Source of the DNA: Candidatus Poseidoniaceae archaeon
Lineage (GTDB): Archaea > Thermoplasmatota > Poseidoniia > Poseidoniales > Poseidoniaceae
Assembly: GCA_049623485.1 (NCBI GenBank)
Contig: JBMZTB010000001.1
Span: 5,387-69,386, forward strand
Length of the DNA: 64,000 bases
Reading direction: 5' to 3'
The notes beneath the pieces are model-generated. The model searched no databases, was not told the origin of the DNA, and saw only the letters and a list, made by a program, of their open reading frames with translations. How positions within the stretch are numbered: the stretch's first letter is position 1; the number at the start of each line of letters is the position of its first letter. The translations under genes and the position numbers were made by a program. Below are positions 28,902 through 38,829 of this stretch, piece by piece.

Positions 28902-30647
28902 ATGCACCTGCCTGAGAGGCTATCTCGACAACTCGACGGCTTGGAAGGGGCGACTCGGCAAAAGGCAGCGCGACTTGTCGTTGACTTGGCTCGTACTGCT
29001 AAAGCGTCCTCATTTGTTGAAGTCGATCATGCCCACGTTTCTGGCGTTTCAGTCATTACTGGGGGGCACGGTTTACGTCGCTTTTTGAAGGATTTGAGTG
29101 GAGATGAGCATGGGACAGTAGTGATTCCAACAACCTTGAATTCAGCGGGATGCGACAAGCGAAAAATGAAGGAAATGGATATTGCTTGGCCAGATTTTCT
29201 AGAACAACAATTTGAGATTGTGCAAGCCTACGACCGCTTGGGTATTGAGTCAACTCTTTCTTGTACACCCTATGATCGAGGAATTGAAATTCAGGGCGAG
29301 ACTGCTTCATGGGCAGAATCGAATGCTGTTTGTTTCACAAATACTTGGACTTCCCTTATCACAAACAGAGAATCTGGATTGAGCGCCTTAGCGACTGCAT
29401 TGACAGGCTATGCTCCAGAATGGGGCTTGCACCTGCCTGAGCATAGAATTCCAAACATTCGGGTCAAGATTTCTTGTGAACTTGAAACGCTCTCGGATTA
29501 CTCAATCCTCGGAGATTGGATTGGGCGTAATGCTAAACCGGAATGGAATCTTCCTTTCGGTCCGATGCCTTACGTTGAAGGATTGCCAGATTACATTTCA
29601 TTTGCCCGCAAAAAGGCACTTACCGCCGCAGCAGCAAATTATGGAACTCCAATGATGTGGGTTGATGGGCATTCATTGCAATCATTGGAAGATTTTTCTG
29701 ATATTGAGTGGGAAGGTGAATTAGAGTTTACTCTTGCCGATCTTACACAACGCTATGATGAGCTTAAGCCAGATGGGCAAGTCGATTTGGTGGTTATCGG
29801 TTGCCCTCAGGCGAGTCTGGAAGAGATGAGAACCACTGCTTCTGCTTTACGTTCTCACATGGAATTTGGAGAACGTATTGAAAATCAACGCTTGTGGGTT
29901 TTTACCAGCAAGGAGAATCATGCACTTGCAGAAGCAGATGGCACCTTGTCAATGCTTGAAGAAGCAGGTGCTCTTGTTTTGGTCGATACTTGCCCGGAAG
30001 TAACACCGTATAATCGCGAGAAATACAATCATCTTTTGACGAACTCGATGAAGGCTGAGCATTATCTTACGAGTGGACTCAATAGGATTCCAACCAGTGT
30101 AGCACCCATTGTTGAATGTGTCCGTCATGCGGTCCATCCTTCTCTGAGTCAGGGTCCAAGACCTCAGTTATCACACTCTGCCCACGGAGGTCAAACATCC
30201 GTCAAAACCCAGCAAGAGGGAGATTGCATCGTTGTAGGAAAAGGACTTGATTCACAAGATGATTTTTGCATCGAGGGCATAGCGATGGTAACAGATGTTC
30301 CAATTACCTATCTTGGGTATGTTAATCGAGATACAGGAGTCATAGAAGAAGCAGGACATCCGCTTGATGGAAGAGCGATTGAAAATAAGATTCTTATCTA
30401 TCCTAAAGGGTCTGGGTCGACTGTAGCACCATATGTTTTGATGGGACTTTTGTACGAAGGAAAAGGCCCCAAAGCGATTGTAAATCGAGATGTTTGTCCG
30501 CTTACATTACCCGCTTGCTCACTTCTTAAAGTTCCATATGGGCATGGGTTTGAGGATGATCCTTGCATGCTCATTAACGATGGTGATTCCATTCGATTTG
30601 AACGCAAGGGCGATGTTGTGAGTATAACAGTGTTACAACGGGCGTGA
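28902..30647 (+). CDS. aconitase X fusion (DUF521 catalytic + DUF126 swivel), candidate phosphomevalonate dehydratase
   Basis: AHVSGVS, TTLNSAG, SCTPY, WAESNAV, TNRESG, IGCPQAS, DTCP, TNSMKA; C-terminal PITYLGYV...GHPLDG..I..KILIYP.GSGSTV. ORF opens at 28872. Confidence 0.88.
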   Translation: MHLPERLSRQLDGLEGATRQKAARLVVDLARTAKASSFVEVDHAHVSGVSVITGGHGLRRFLKDLSGDEHGTVVIPTTLNSAGCDKRKMKEMDIAWPDFLEQQFEIVQAYDRLGIESTLSCTPYDRGIEIQGETASWAESNAVCFTNTWTSLITNRESGLSALATALTGYAPEWGLHLPEHRIPNIRVKISCELETLSDYSILGDWIGRNAKPEWNLPFGPMPYVEGLPDYISFARKKALTAAAANYGTPMMWVDGHSLQSLEDFSDIEWEGELEFTLADLTQRYDELKPDGQVDLVVIGCPQASLEEMRTTASALRSHMEFGERIENQRLWVFTSKENHALAEADGTLSMLEEAGALVLVDTCPEVTPYNREKYNHLLTNSMKAEHYLTSGLNRIPTSVAPIVECVRHAVHPSLSQGPRPQLSHSAHGGQTSVKTQQEGDCIVVGKGLDSQDDFCIEGIAMVTDVPITYLGYVNRDTGVIEEAGHPLDGRAIENKILIYPKGSGSTVAPYVLMGLLYEGKGPKAIVNRDVCPLTLPACSLLKVPYGHGFEDDPCMLINDGDSIRFERKGDVVSITVLQRA

Positions 30648-30651
30648 TTCA

Positions 30652-31626
30652 ATGCGAGTACTCGTAACAGGTGGCGCCGGCTTCCTTGGCTCGAGTTTGG
30701 TTGAGCACCTGCTTGAACTTGGAGATGAAGTGGTTGTTCTCGATAATTATTGGAGAGGTGATCCTGAGAACCTTGATCACGTCAAGGATGAAATTACTCT
30801 CCTCGAAGGTGATGCAACTCAAGCGACCGCCTATCAGGGAATCAAAGATGCAAATTCAATCGACATTGTGTATCACCTAGCAGCCATTAACGGTACGAAA
30901 TGGTTCCATGAAGAGGCAAGGATGGTTATGGATGTGAATCTTAATTCAACGCTTAGGGCCCTTGAATTTGCTGAAAAATACCAATGTCGGTTCGTCTTTA
31001 CATCCTCTCCAGAAGCATATGGGGATTCAGAAATAATGCCGCTAGGAGGGCTTGAATCCTCAATGTTCACACATGCATCCCAGCATCAACGTCACGCTTA
31101 TGGTGGCAGCAAATACCTTGGGGAACTTGCAGTTCACCATGCAGTTCGACAAGGCCTTGATGCACGAATTGTCCGTCCTTTCAATGGATATGGCCCGCGA
31201 TTGAGTCAAGATGAATATGGGCAGGTTGTGACCATGATGATGCGTTCTGCACTTGATTCAAGTGTCGTACAGGTTCATAGCGACGGAATGCAGACACGTT
31301 CCCTTACCTGGGTTGAAGATATCATTCAAGGCATTGTCTTGTCAGGGCGTCTCGATTCCTGTTTGAAAACGGGAAAACCCCTCAATGGTCGTTCATTTAA
31401 TCTCGGGTCAACAGAAGAGATTTCAATGCTTGAGTTGGGGAAAAAGATATGTCAACTCGTTCACGAGAAAACAAACAAATTGGTTAAGATCGAATTGAGT
31501 GGAGGCTATCCCGGTGATTCACAGCGTAGATTGCCTCACCTCGTGGATGCGAAAGAATCGCTTGGTTGGGCTGCAACAACACCGCTTGAAGTCGGATTGC
31601 GTCACACATTGGAATCAATGTTGTAA
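30652..31626 (+). CDS. NAD-dependent epimerase/dehydratase (extended SDR)
   Basis: LVTGGAGFLGS, YHLAA, YGGSK, RPFNGYGP. Confidence 0.92.
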   Translation: MRVLVTGGAGFLGSSLVEHLLELGDEVVVLDNYWRGDPENLDHVKDEITLLEGDATQATAYQGIKDANSIDIVYHLAAINGTKWFHEEARMVMDVNLNSTLRALEFAEKYQCRFVFTSSPEAYGDSEIMPLGGLESSMFTHASQHQRHAYGGSKYLGELAVHHAVRQGLDARIVRPFNGYGPRLSQDEYGQVVTMMMRSALDSSVVQVHSDGMQTRSLTWVEDIIQGIVLSGRLDSCLKTGKPLNGRSFNLGSTEEISMLELGKKICQLVHEKTNKLVKIELSGGYPGDSQRRLPHLVDAKESLGWAATTPLEVGLRHTLESML

Positions 31627-32402
31627 TCCCATGCGGTTGGAGTGGCCATTAACCGATTCAAACCATGCTGGCACAACAAATGTACTGAATCAGTAGGGAG
31701 ATGTTCTCCTGGAATGATTAAATTTCCTAATCGTACTACTACGAGACTTGCTTTTGCATCTGGCAACTCATGTTCAGCTACAACTTCTGCTTCAATGGCC
31801 ATCGATGCACGTTTCATAATCAGGGGATTTGAATCCAATGATTCGATTGAGAACGCATCCCATTCACTCTCTTCTCTTGGAATTGGCTTGCAGGTTTGTT
31901 CTACGAGACGTGCATTTTCCTGATTTGGTTGAAGGAAATTCAGGACTGCTACTCCGTTTTCTCTGAGATTAGCAAGAGAGTCGCGAATTCGATTGTCTCG
32001 ATCAACGGATAACGATATGACGGCTAAGGGAGGAGAATTTGCAACGATGGACACAGACGTGTAAGGGGCTAAATTCCGAACTCCGTCCTCAGATTGAGTC
32101 CCTAGCATTACCAAGGGTCTTGGACTGACGAGATTTGAAAGAAATAGTGAACGTGCTTTATGATCCATTTTGCCTAAATCATGTGTTGATGCCTCAGAGT
32201 GGAGCGTTGGACTGATTTTGGTAAACCAACGGTCCAGTTCCCCTGCTTGAATTTCATCCAGTGCATGTCGAGTAAATTCACGATAAGTTTCCCATTGGGG
32301 AATTTCGTCAAGATCGTTTCGTTGTTGTTTACGAAGAATTGATGCATCTGCATATTCGATACATTTTGTTAGAAATTCTATGACGTGTTGCTTTCCTTCC
32401 AT
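31602..32402 (-). CDS. flavin reductase family protein with an N-terminal helical extension
   Basis: VSPRPL...T...G..NLAPY, RDSLANL, SEW motifs; ATG at 32402 follows the upstream gene's stop (ORF opens at 32531). Confidence 0.75.
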   Translation of the reverse strand: MEGKQHVIEFLTKCIEYADASILRKQQRNDLDEIPQWETYREFTRHALDEIQAGELDRWFTKISPTLHSEASTHDLGKMDHKARSLFLSNLVSPRPLVMLGTQSEDGVRNLAPYTSVSIVANSPPLAVISLSVDRDNRIRDSLANLRENGVAVLNFLQPNQENARLVEQTCKPIPREESEWDAFSIESLDSNPLIMKRASMAIEAEVVAEHELPDAKASLVVVRLGNLIIPGEHLPTDSVHLLCQHGLNRLMATPTAWDYNIDSNV

Positions 32403-32403
32403 G

Positions 32404-32883
32404 TCAACCCCTCTTCTTTTGATAGTCTTTTCTTTGCATATGGAATGTGGCTGGATTGCCTTTCCATACTTCGTCCTGTGGAATCGATTTGGTGAGCACT
32501 GAACCTGCACCAAGAACTGAATTTGCCCCAATTATGACGCCAGGAAGAATGGTCGACCCTCCGCCGATGACGGTATTTTGACAAATTGTTACAGGTTCCC
32601 ATTTTTCTTTATTTCCAGAAGGAGGATATTTATCGTTGAGAATAGTTGTATTTGGTCCAATAAAAACATTTGATTCGATAATGGTGTTGTCAGAGATGTA
32701 AGTGGAACCTTGGATTCGAGTATCATCTCCGATTGTTACTGTTCGGCCAATGTGGCACATGGCCCCGATAACGATGTTCTTCCCAACAACTAGTCCCTTT
32801 CCGATATAGCACGGCTCGTAAGCGTTCGACGTTGCATTGAGTGGAACAAGCTTGCCCCCAATGTCTTCGTCCATATTTCTCAC
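32404..32883 (-). CDS. hexapeptide-repeat (left-handed beta-helix) acyltransferase, sugar N-acetyltransferase-like
   Basis: IGxxxx repeats, VFIGPN...NDKYP, GAGSVLTK, GNPA. Confidence 0.88.
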   Translation of the reverse strand: MRNMDEDIGGKLVPLNATSNAYEPCYIGKGLVVGKNIVIGAMCHIGRTVTIGDDTRIQGSTYISDNTIIESNVFIGPNTTILNDKYPPSGNKEKWEPVTICQNTVIGGGSTILPGVIIGANSVLGAGSVLTKSIPQDEVWKGNPATFHMQRKDYQKKRG

Positions 32884-33365
32884 TCTTCCAAAGACAGTTC
32901 ACGGAGTAACATCTCGACATGGCCTTTCGCACGAACGTTGTAACGACACCAGTCGATCGTACCGTCTGCACCGATAACGAATGTTGAGCGAACGCAACCC
33001 ATGTATTCTTTTCCGTAGTTCTTTTTCATGCGCCATGTGCCAAACTGATCATGCAGTGAGCCCTCAACGTCGAGGAGCAGCGGGAAATTGAGTTCTTGTT
33101 TCGAAATAAACTTTTGATGAGATTTTTCTGAATCTTTTGAAACGCCTAATACTTCATAACCCTCAGATTTCAGTCGGGCCATGTTGTCTCTGAAATCACA
33201 CGCTTGCTTTGTGCACCCTGGTGTCGAATCTCTCGGATAGAAATACAAAATCACTCGCTTGCCTTGTTGTATATACTCTGATGAGGAGTGGATTACTCCG
33301 TTCGAATCAGTGGCAGAAAATGTTGGTGCTGGCATTCCGACTTCAAGCGTTATTGGTTCGGGCAT
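32880..33365 (-). CDS. bcp: peroxiredoxin Bcp/PrxQ
   Basis: LYFYPRDSTPGCTKQACDFRD, RSTFVI. Confidence 0.93.
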   Translation of the reverse strand: MPEPITLEVGMPAPTFSATDSNGVIHSSSEYIQQGKRVILYFYPRDSTPGCTKQACDFRDNMARLKSEGYEVLGVSKDSEKSHQKFISKQELNFPLLLDVEGSLHDQFGTWRMKKNYGKEYMGCVRSTFVIGADGTIDWCRYNVRAKGHVEMLLRELSLEE

Positions 33366-33530
33366 GACCTGACGTAGCAACCATTTGACATCAATGCTTG
33401 GTTTTCGCCGTTGGGAAAGGCGAAACGCTCTGCTGAGAGGCTATGCATAATGAGTATTTTTCCATGCATTTTAAATATACGGGCGCTTTTTTCCAATTGA
33501 TTGATAAACTGCCCTGTTCCAGTATAATCT

Positions 33531-33962
33531 ATGGCGGGTCCAAGCATGTCGCGAAGGTGCCGCAAATATTTCAAGAAGATTCAACGCACGAAGACAAAAT
33601 ATGATCTTCAAAGCATTGCTTCGAATATCCAAAGCGAACTTGACCGTAGAAACATCACGTACGACGAAGCTTTGACGTTGGGTAATTTCATCCAGAACCG
33701 TGCAGATCAGTTGCCAGGAAATTCAATCGTCTACGCCGTCTCAGACCGAGATGCATATCGCCGTACGCTTGAGATTTATCTGAGAGACGCCCTTCTGACC
33801 CGTACTGAACAATTACTGCTGTGGGAGGAGCGACGTCGACTCGGAATAACTGACGAGGAACATGATCGACTCTTAGGTCAGTTGCTAGAGGTATGGAAGT
33901 CCCAAGGAAAGTCCGTGACCATTCAACGATTTGAGAAAGCAGGAGGTACCTCAAATGCTTAA
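33531..33962 (+). CDS. hypothetical cytoplasmic protein with a TerB-like helical C-terminus; first gene of the archaellum-linked operon
   Basis: 143-aa ORF; YRRTLE..LRDALLT..EQLLL..ERRRLGITDEEH resembles the D(G/A)xIT..E...L..R..LGI..EEH helical motif; stop overlaps the next start. Confidence 0.7.
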   Translation: MAGPSMSRRCRKYFKKIQRTKTKYDLQSIASNIQSELDRRNITYDEALTLGNFIQNRADQLPGNSIVYAVSDRDAYRRTLEIYLRDALLTRTEQLLLWEERRRLGITDEEHDRLLGQLLEVWKSQGKSVTIQRFEKAGGTSNA

Positions 33963-36900
33963 GCAAAAAGGCATCCCTGTATTGCTTGTTGCCTTGTTCT
34001 TAGTGCAGGTTTCATTGCCTTTCGTCGATGCTGAGGAAACCTCTGGTAGAGCAGGTCCTGACTTTCAAGTATCGGGGATGAAATTTGATGGTGCAGGGTC
34101 GATCAGTGACAGTTCTGGACTGATCCTCGCCCCTGATACACACACTGTTCGAATCGATGTATCGAATGTGGGCACGTCTGCAGGAAACGCATTCCTCTCC
34201 TTAGTCCACAAAGGATCTCCTAACGCTGCTGAAAACACTGTGGATACAGTAGATTTAGGTTCAATTTCAGGTGGTTCTGCAACAACAACATATTTGCTTT
34301 CATGGACAGCAACAACAGGGCCATCACAAACACTCTTCGCTCGAGTTTCAAGTGCAAACGACGGAAATATGGTAAACAATGAATACAGGAGAGATTTTGA
34401 TGTAGAAACGTTGCACGAAGGGGCTATTATTGGCGATACATTGCCAACCATTGCTCCTGGGAATGCCAATGTCGCCCTCGATCGGCAATCGCATTCATTC
34501 AACACAACCATCCGAAACGATGGGGTCATGCCCTTTTCAGCTGTCATGCACTTCACGCTTACCAATGCGTCAGCAAGCCCTTCAACAGTTGACATCTGGT
34601 CTAATACCCAAACATTGGCTCCAGGCTCGATTTTCGCCTCTTCAGAAGGTCAAGAATTGATGGGGACGTTTTCCGCATCCACTTTAAGTGGATTATGGAA
34701 TATGTCTGTAGAAGTCGTCCTCAACGGAACAGGTTGGACTGAAACACAAACTTACTCTGAATTTGACATTGTTTTCAGCGATTACATATCAGAAATGGTA
34801 GGTCCTTCGGATCGAACAACCTCCCCGGGAGATTCAACGACATTGTATTACATTATTCGAAATACTGGGAGTTCAACTGATTCCTTCACGATCTCCGTAT
34901 CAAGCACTCTTGGATGGGCTTCCACCTCTTTGCATGGAACCATCACCCAATTCATTGGAGTTGGAGAGACAACGACTCTTGCAGTGACTGTATCAGTCCC
35001 GGCAAATGCTCTTTTATCCGATATTGACATCGTTTCATTGACAATCACATCTGCGGGCAGCGGCTATGTTTTGTCGGACACAACACGGGTGATGGCGGGA
35101 GAATTCCTTCAAGCAACAGTGGATCTCGTTGATACAACAACAATGGTCATACCCGGTCTTACCGAAACAGTATCGTTTACTGTAACCAACACAGGAAATG
35201 CTCCGACGACATTTAATCTCAATTCAGGGCTCTCTTTTAACGCTCTCAATTGGGGTCACAGTTTGTCAATTTCGAACACTGGTGAATTGCAAGTCGGTGA
35301 GGTCGTAACTGGTTTCGTCACGGTGGATGTACCTTCAATACAGATGCCATTGGTGCCTGCTGAACACAATCGTGCAGGTGATAGTTTGAGCGTGTATATC
35401 TTCGCAGAAGCAGATACGGGCAGCATTCCAACTTCAGATACAGCCCAAATCGAGGTGCGGCCTATTATTGCTGTAGATCCTGGATTGCCGCTCGAAAGTA
35501 TTACTCTCAGTGAAAGCGAAATTCTCGCTGCCGGTGAATCTACAGGAATCAATGAAATTCTTGGCCTAAATGTGCAAGTACGACACAATCTTGCAACGGA
35601 TCTTACCGAAACTGTTGATGCTGATTTGGAAGTAGGCAACATTACCTTTGAAGCACTCTCTTCTGGTGGTTTCAACGAGATTGATCGTTGGAATGCTTCG
35701 GTTACACCAAGCCAAACGACAGGCCTTTCATTGGGCCAGAGCTTCGCAGCATCCCTCGGAATTCAAAGTCGCTCGGGGCAGGTTCCTCTTGCAGGAACGA
35801 TTAAAATTCCAATAAAAACAACTCCTACTCTGAGTGCAACGCACGTCGCATCTTCTGTTTATGCTCCAGAAATTACAGAAAACCTCTCGATTATTATTCC
35901 AAAGGTCATTGATGGAGAAATCACAGAAACAGGACCGCTCGATGCAAATGTGGGCATCGACACTGATTTCTTGTTCACTTTTGGAAACACTGGCAATGAC
36001 CGCTCCTCGTACCGATTAGAGATTGTTCAAAATTTACCAAGCGGATGGGAAGCAGGACTTACAACAACAAGCCCAAACAATACGATTGTTGACCTAGCAA
36101 GCGACCTCGAAGATTATCCTGCTACATCAGGTGCTCACCTTTCTCTGGTCACCTTGACCGTGAAAACACACCCACTTGCTCCTTCAGGTCTTCTCCAACC
36201 CCTTACAGTGCGATATTATGACTTGGATTCAGGCAGTTATGTCGGTGAGCAAACAATGGACATTAGGGTCGGAGAAACCATCAACGCTACGTTGACTCCT
36301 AGCAGCCAAGTCATTGAGTCGACACCATACGAGTCGCCATCTGCCTTTGTTATCATTAAGAACACGGGGAATGGACCGACTACGTACAGCGTTTCACTCG
36401 ATGATGGAGGATATGATGATGTTGGATTTGAACTCGATACTTCGAGCAGTGTTATCATTGCAGCAGGATATGAGTCTGCAGTACGCGTCAATATCATCCC
36501 GACGGAAGACGCAAGCGCTGACAATATCTACATGGCTACCTTGAAAGTCTCCTTGATTAATGAAAATGGCACATTGATTGAACTGTTTGCCGACATCGTT
36601 GCAAACATGTCTGAAGTTCATGACGTTGTCCTCAACACTCCAGAAAGTTTGGCAGCTGTCCCAGGCACGATCGTTACACTCCCATTTGATTTGGAAAATA
36701 CTGGAAATTTAGTTGAAACAGTGAATGTGAACATCTCAGTTGACGGCGGTTGGGATACAACACCGGTCATTCAATCGTTTACACTTCCAATCGATGGGAC
36801 TTCATCTGGAACTTTTGATATTACAATTCCTGCACTTGATGGTTCTGATAACATGCTTAATGGCGCAATCCATGATGCCAATATCACGGTTTCAAACACT

Positions 36901-38829
36901 GCAACTGGAGTGGTGTATGTTGAAAGCAAGGTGCAACTCCTCGTTGCTCCAGTGTTCACTTACACGCTCGAGGGCTGGGAAAGCGAGTATTACTTCCATC
37001 AAGGAGATAATCGTGAATGGACGGCATTTATCACCAACACAGGAAACCAAGATGTGATCGTGAATGTCGGATACCAAATTTTCATGCCTGGCCTTGCCAT
37101 AGAAAGCGATGCTTGGAGTGTATCTGGTGCCTCGCCTACTCAGTTGTCCTTGCCAAGAAATGTCCCAGTTGCATTGTCAGTTGGCGCAAATGCGGAGGAA
37201 ACAAATCCTGATCTGACTACTGCTGCCGATTTCCGCATTACTTTAACTCCAACCGATGTTGATGTTGACGGCAGTGGTGAATTTACAACTCAATTGAAGA
37301 TGAAACGGTTGTTTGATATAGGATATGCAGATCAATTACAAGCACCTGCGAATGATGATCCGATAGCAGTTTTCATACCATATTCGCACATTCCTTCATC
37401 GAACGATGCTCCTACAAACTACTCGATTGAAATCTGTGGAATCACTCGCTTATTGGACTTTAATTCGATAGGACTCTCAGAAGAGGATTACGTATGGAAT
37501 ATTTCCATCATCAATTTAGAAGGCGCAGAATCCACTCATTACGTCAATTTGACACAACCATGCGTACCTGGCACAAATGTAATCGAACTTCCTGAGAGAG
37601 TGAAGTACGTACAATCGCCACCATTGACATTCATGGTGAAAGTACCTGACCGACCAAATATTCTCCCTGGTGATGGGTTTGACCTCGACATTCGCCTCTA
37701 CCATCCAGATGAGCACAACGGATATACGGTGTATACCGAAGAAACGTTTACTTTCGCCCTCAATATGTATGCTGATCCAATGATCGATGCATCATCACAG
37801 CGTATTGTTGATGCTGATGGAAATGAACTCGATGAGATCATGGAAGGCCAGACCGCTTATCTCGAATTCACTTTGAAAAACGAAGGGACAGCTCTTGCAC
37901 TTGGGATCAACTCAAACCTCGAATGTACAGGCCTCGTTATCAATGACAAAACACCCATTGTATCCTTTTTGCCAGAAGGGGCTGAAGAAACCCTACGTTG
38001 GCAAGTTACTGGGGAAACCCTTGACTGGTGGGAGCAAAGCATTGAAGCGGATTGTAAAGTCTCTATCATTTCTTCGTATGCTCTGAACAATGTTGTCGAA
38101 AACGATGAGGTTGTTTTCACTCAAGAGATTGACTCGAGCGCACCTTCTCCAATTACAGTACTGGCCGGATTTGGTATTGCTTTGATCATCACAATCGGAT
38201 TACTCGGTCTTACGAATCAAAATGAAAAATACAGGCTTGGTGCAGTCTACTCTGGAGTCATTATGCTCGGTTTTTCCTTCCATTTACTCGATTATATCTG
38301 GTGGGGTCCGGGCATCATAGCCATCACATCCTTCTGGGTTTGGCGAATGGCATGGCGAAGCAGCGAGGAATTCAGGTACATTCACGAAGATTACCAACGG
38401 GCTCGAAAAGGTATTTCGACAATTTATGCTGACCACTTCCAAGCACTGGCTGACTCAAGAAGGCAACTCACTGTGATCCTAAGTCTTCCAATTCTTGGAT
38501 TCATCGCAGTAATCCTAGGGCTACCGCCTCAAATGTCCCCAGATGAAACTAATTTAATCAGTCTCGTAGGCTACATCCTAGTCTCAACAATTGTTGTTTG
38601 GCTTATACTACGGCGTTCAAACAGCATGTATGGTTCACTCTACGGACGTTTGACGGATATCGAAGTCAAAGCAACACGAATCGAACGAGACCTCGGAGAT
38701 CCTGCACGCTTACTCAATGATCTTGCAATGGAAGGGCTAGACCTCTCTGCAATTATCGAACAACCTCAACCCGCTGTTGGGGCTGAATCAACCGAGGAGG
38801 TGATGTCTGATGGCGAAGAGCAAATCTGA
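33955..38829 (+). CDS. giant (~1620 aa) surface protein with tandem Ig-like (CARDB/NEW3-like) repeats and a C-terminal multi-TM domain
   Basis: SD aggaggt before ATG 33955; signal peptide; repeated N(T/E/V)G(N/S/T) Ig-strand motifs (IRNTGS, VTNTGN, FGNTGN, IKNTGN, LENTGN, ITNTGN, LKNEGT); ~5 TM helices and a cytoplasmic helical tail. Confidence 0.8.
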   Translation: MLKQKGIPVLLVALFLVQVSLPFVDAEETSGRAGPDFQVSGMKFDGAGSISDSSGLILAPDTHTVRIDVSNVGTSAGNAFLSLVHKGSPNAAENTVDTVDLGSISGGSATTTYLLSWTATTGPSQTLFARVSSANDGNMVNNEYRRDFDVETLHEGAIIGDTLPTIAPGNANVALDRQSHSFNTTIRNDGVMPFSAVMHFTLTNASASPSTVDIWSNTQTLAPGSIFASSEGQELMGTFSASTLSGLWNMSVEVVLNGTGWTETQTYSEFDIVFSDYISEMVGPSDRTTSPGDSTTLYYIIRNTGSSTDSFTISVSSTLGWASTSLHGTITQFIGVGETTTLAVTVSVPANALLSDIDIVSLTITSAGSGYVLSDTTRVMAGEFLQATVDLVDTTTMVIPGLTETVSFTVTNTGNAPTTFNLNSGLSFNALNWGHSLSISNTGELQVGEVVTGFVTVDVPSIQMPLVPAEHNRAGDSLSVYIFAEADTGSIPTSDTAQIEVRPIIAVDPGLPLESITLSESEILAAGESTGINEILGLNVQVRHNLATDLTETVDADLEVGNITFEALSSGGFNEIDRWNASVTPSQTTGLSLGQSFAASLGIQSRSGQVPLAGTIKIPIKTTPTLSATHVASSVYAPEITENLSIIIPKVIDGEITETGPLDANVGIDTDFLFTFGNTGNDRSSYRLEIVQNLPSGWEAGLTTTSPNNTIVDLASDLEDYPATSGAHLSLVTLTVKTHPLAPSGLLQPLTVRYYDLDSGSYVGEQTMDIRVGETINATLTPSSQVIESTPYESPSAFVIIKNTGNGPTTYSVSLDDGGYDDVGFELDTSSSVIIAAGYESAVRVNIIPTEDASADNIYMATLKVSLINENGTLIELFADIVANMSEVHDVVLNTPESLAAVPGTIVTLPFDLENTGNLVETVNVNISVDGGWDTTPVIQSFTLPIDGTSSGTFDITIPALDGSDNMLNGAIHDANITVSNTATGVVYVESKVQLLVAPVFTYTLEGWESEYYFHQGDNREWTAFITNTGNQDVIVNVGYQIFMPGLAIESDAWSVSGASPTQLSLPRNVPVALSVGANAEETNPDLTTAADFRITLTPTDVDVDGSGEFTTQLKMKRLFDIGYADQLQAPANDDPIAVFIPYSHIPSSNDAPTNYSIEICGITRLLDFNSIGLSEEDYVWNISIINLEGAESTHYVNLTQPCVPGTNVIELPERVKYVQSPPLTFMVKVPDRPNILPGDGFDLDIRLYHPDEHNGYTVYTEETFTFALNMYADPMIDASSQRIVDADGNELDEIMEGQTAYLEFTLKNEGTALALGINSNLECTGLVINDKTPIVSFLPEGAEETLRWQVTGETLDWWEQSIEADCKVSIISSYALNNVVENDEVVFTQEIDSSAPSPITVLAGFGIALIITIGLLGLTNQNEKYRLGAVYSGVIMLGFSFHLLDYIWWGPGIIAITSFWVWRMAWRSSEEFRYIHEDYQRARKGISTIYADHFQALADSRRQLTVILSLPILGFIAVILGLPPQMSPDETNLISLVGYILVSTIVVWLILRRSNSMYGSLYGRLTDIEVKATRIERDLGDPARLLNDLAMEGLDLSAIIEQPQPAVGAESTEEVMSDGEEQI

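Noticed and set aside
33380..33530. AT-rich intergenic region with repeated atgcat and tttttcca as a motility-regulator site
   Set aside because: Probably holds the divergent bcp/operon promoters, but the repeats are too short and low-complexity to call a specific site.
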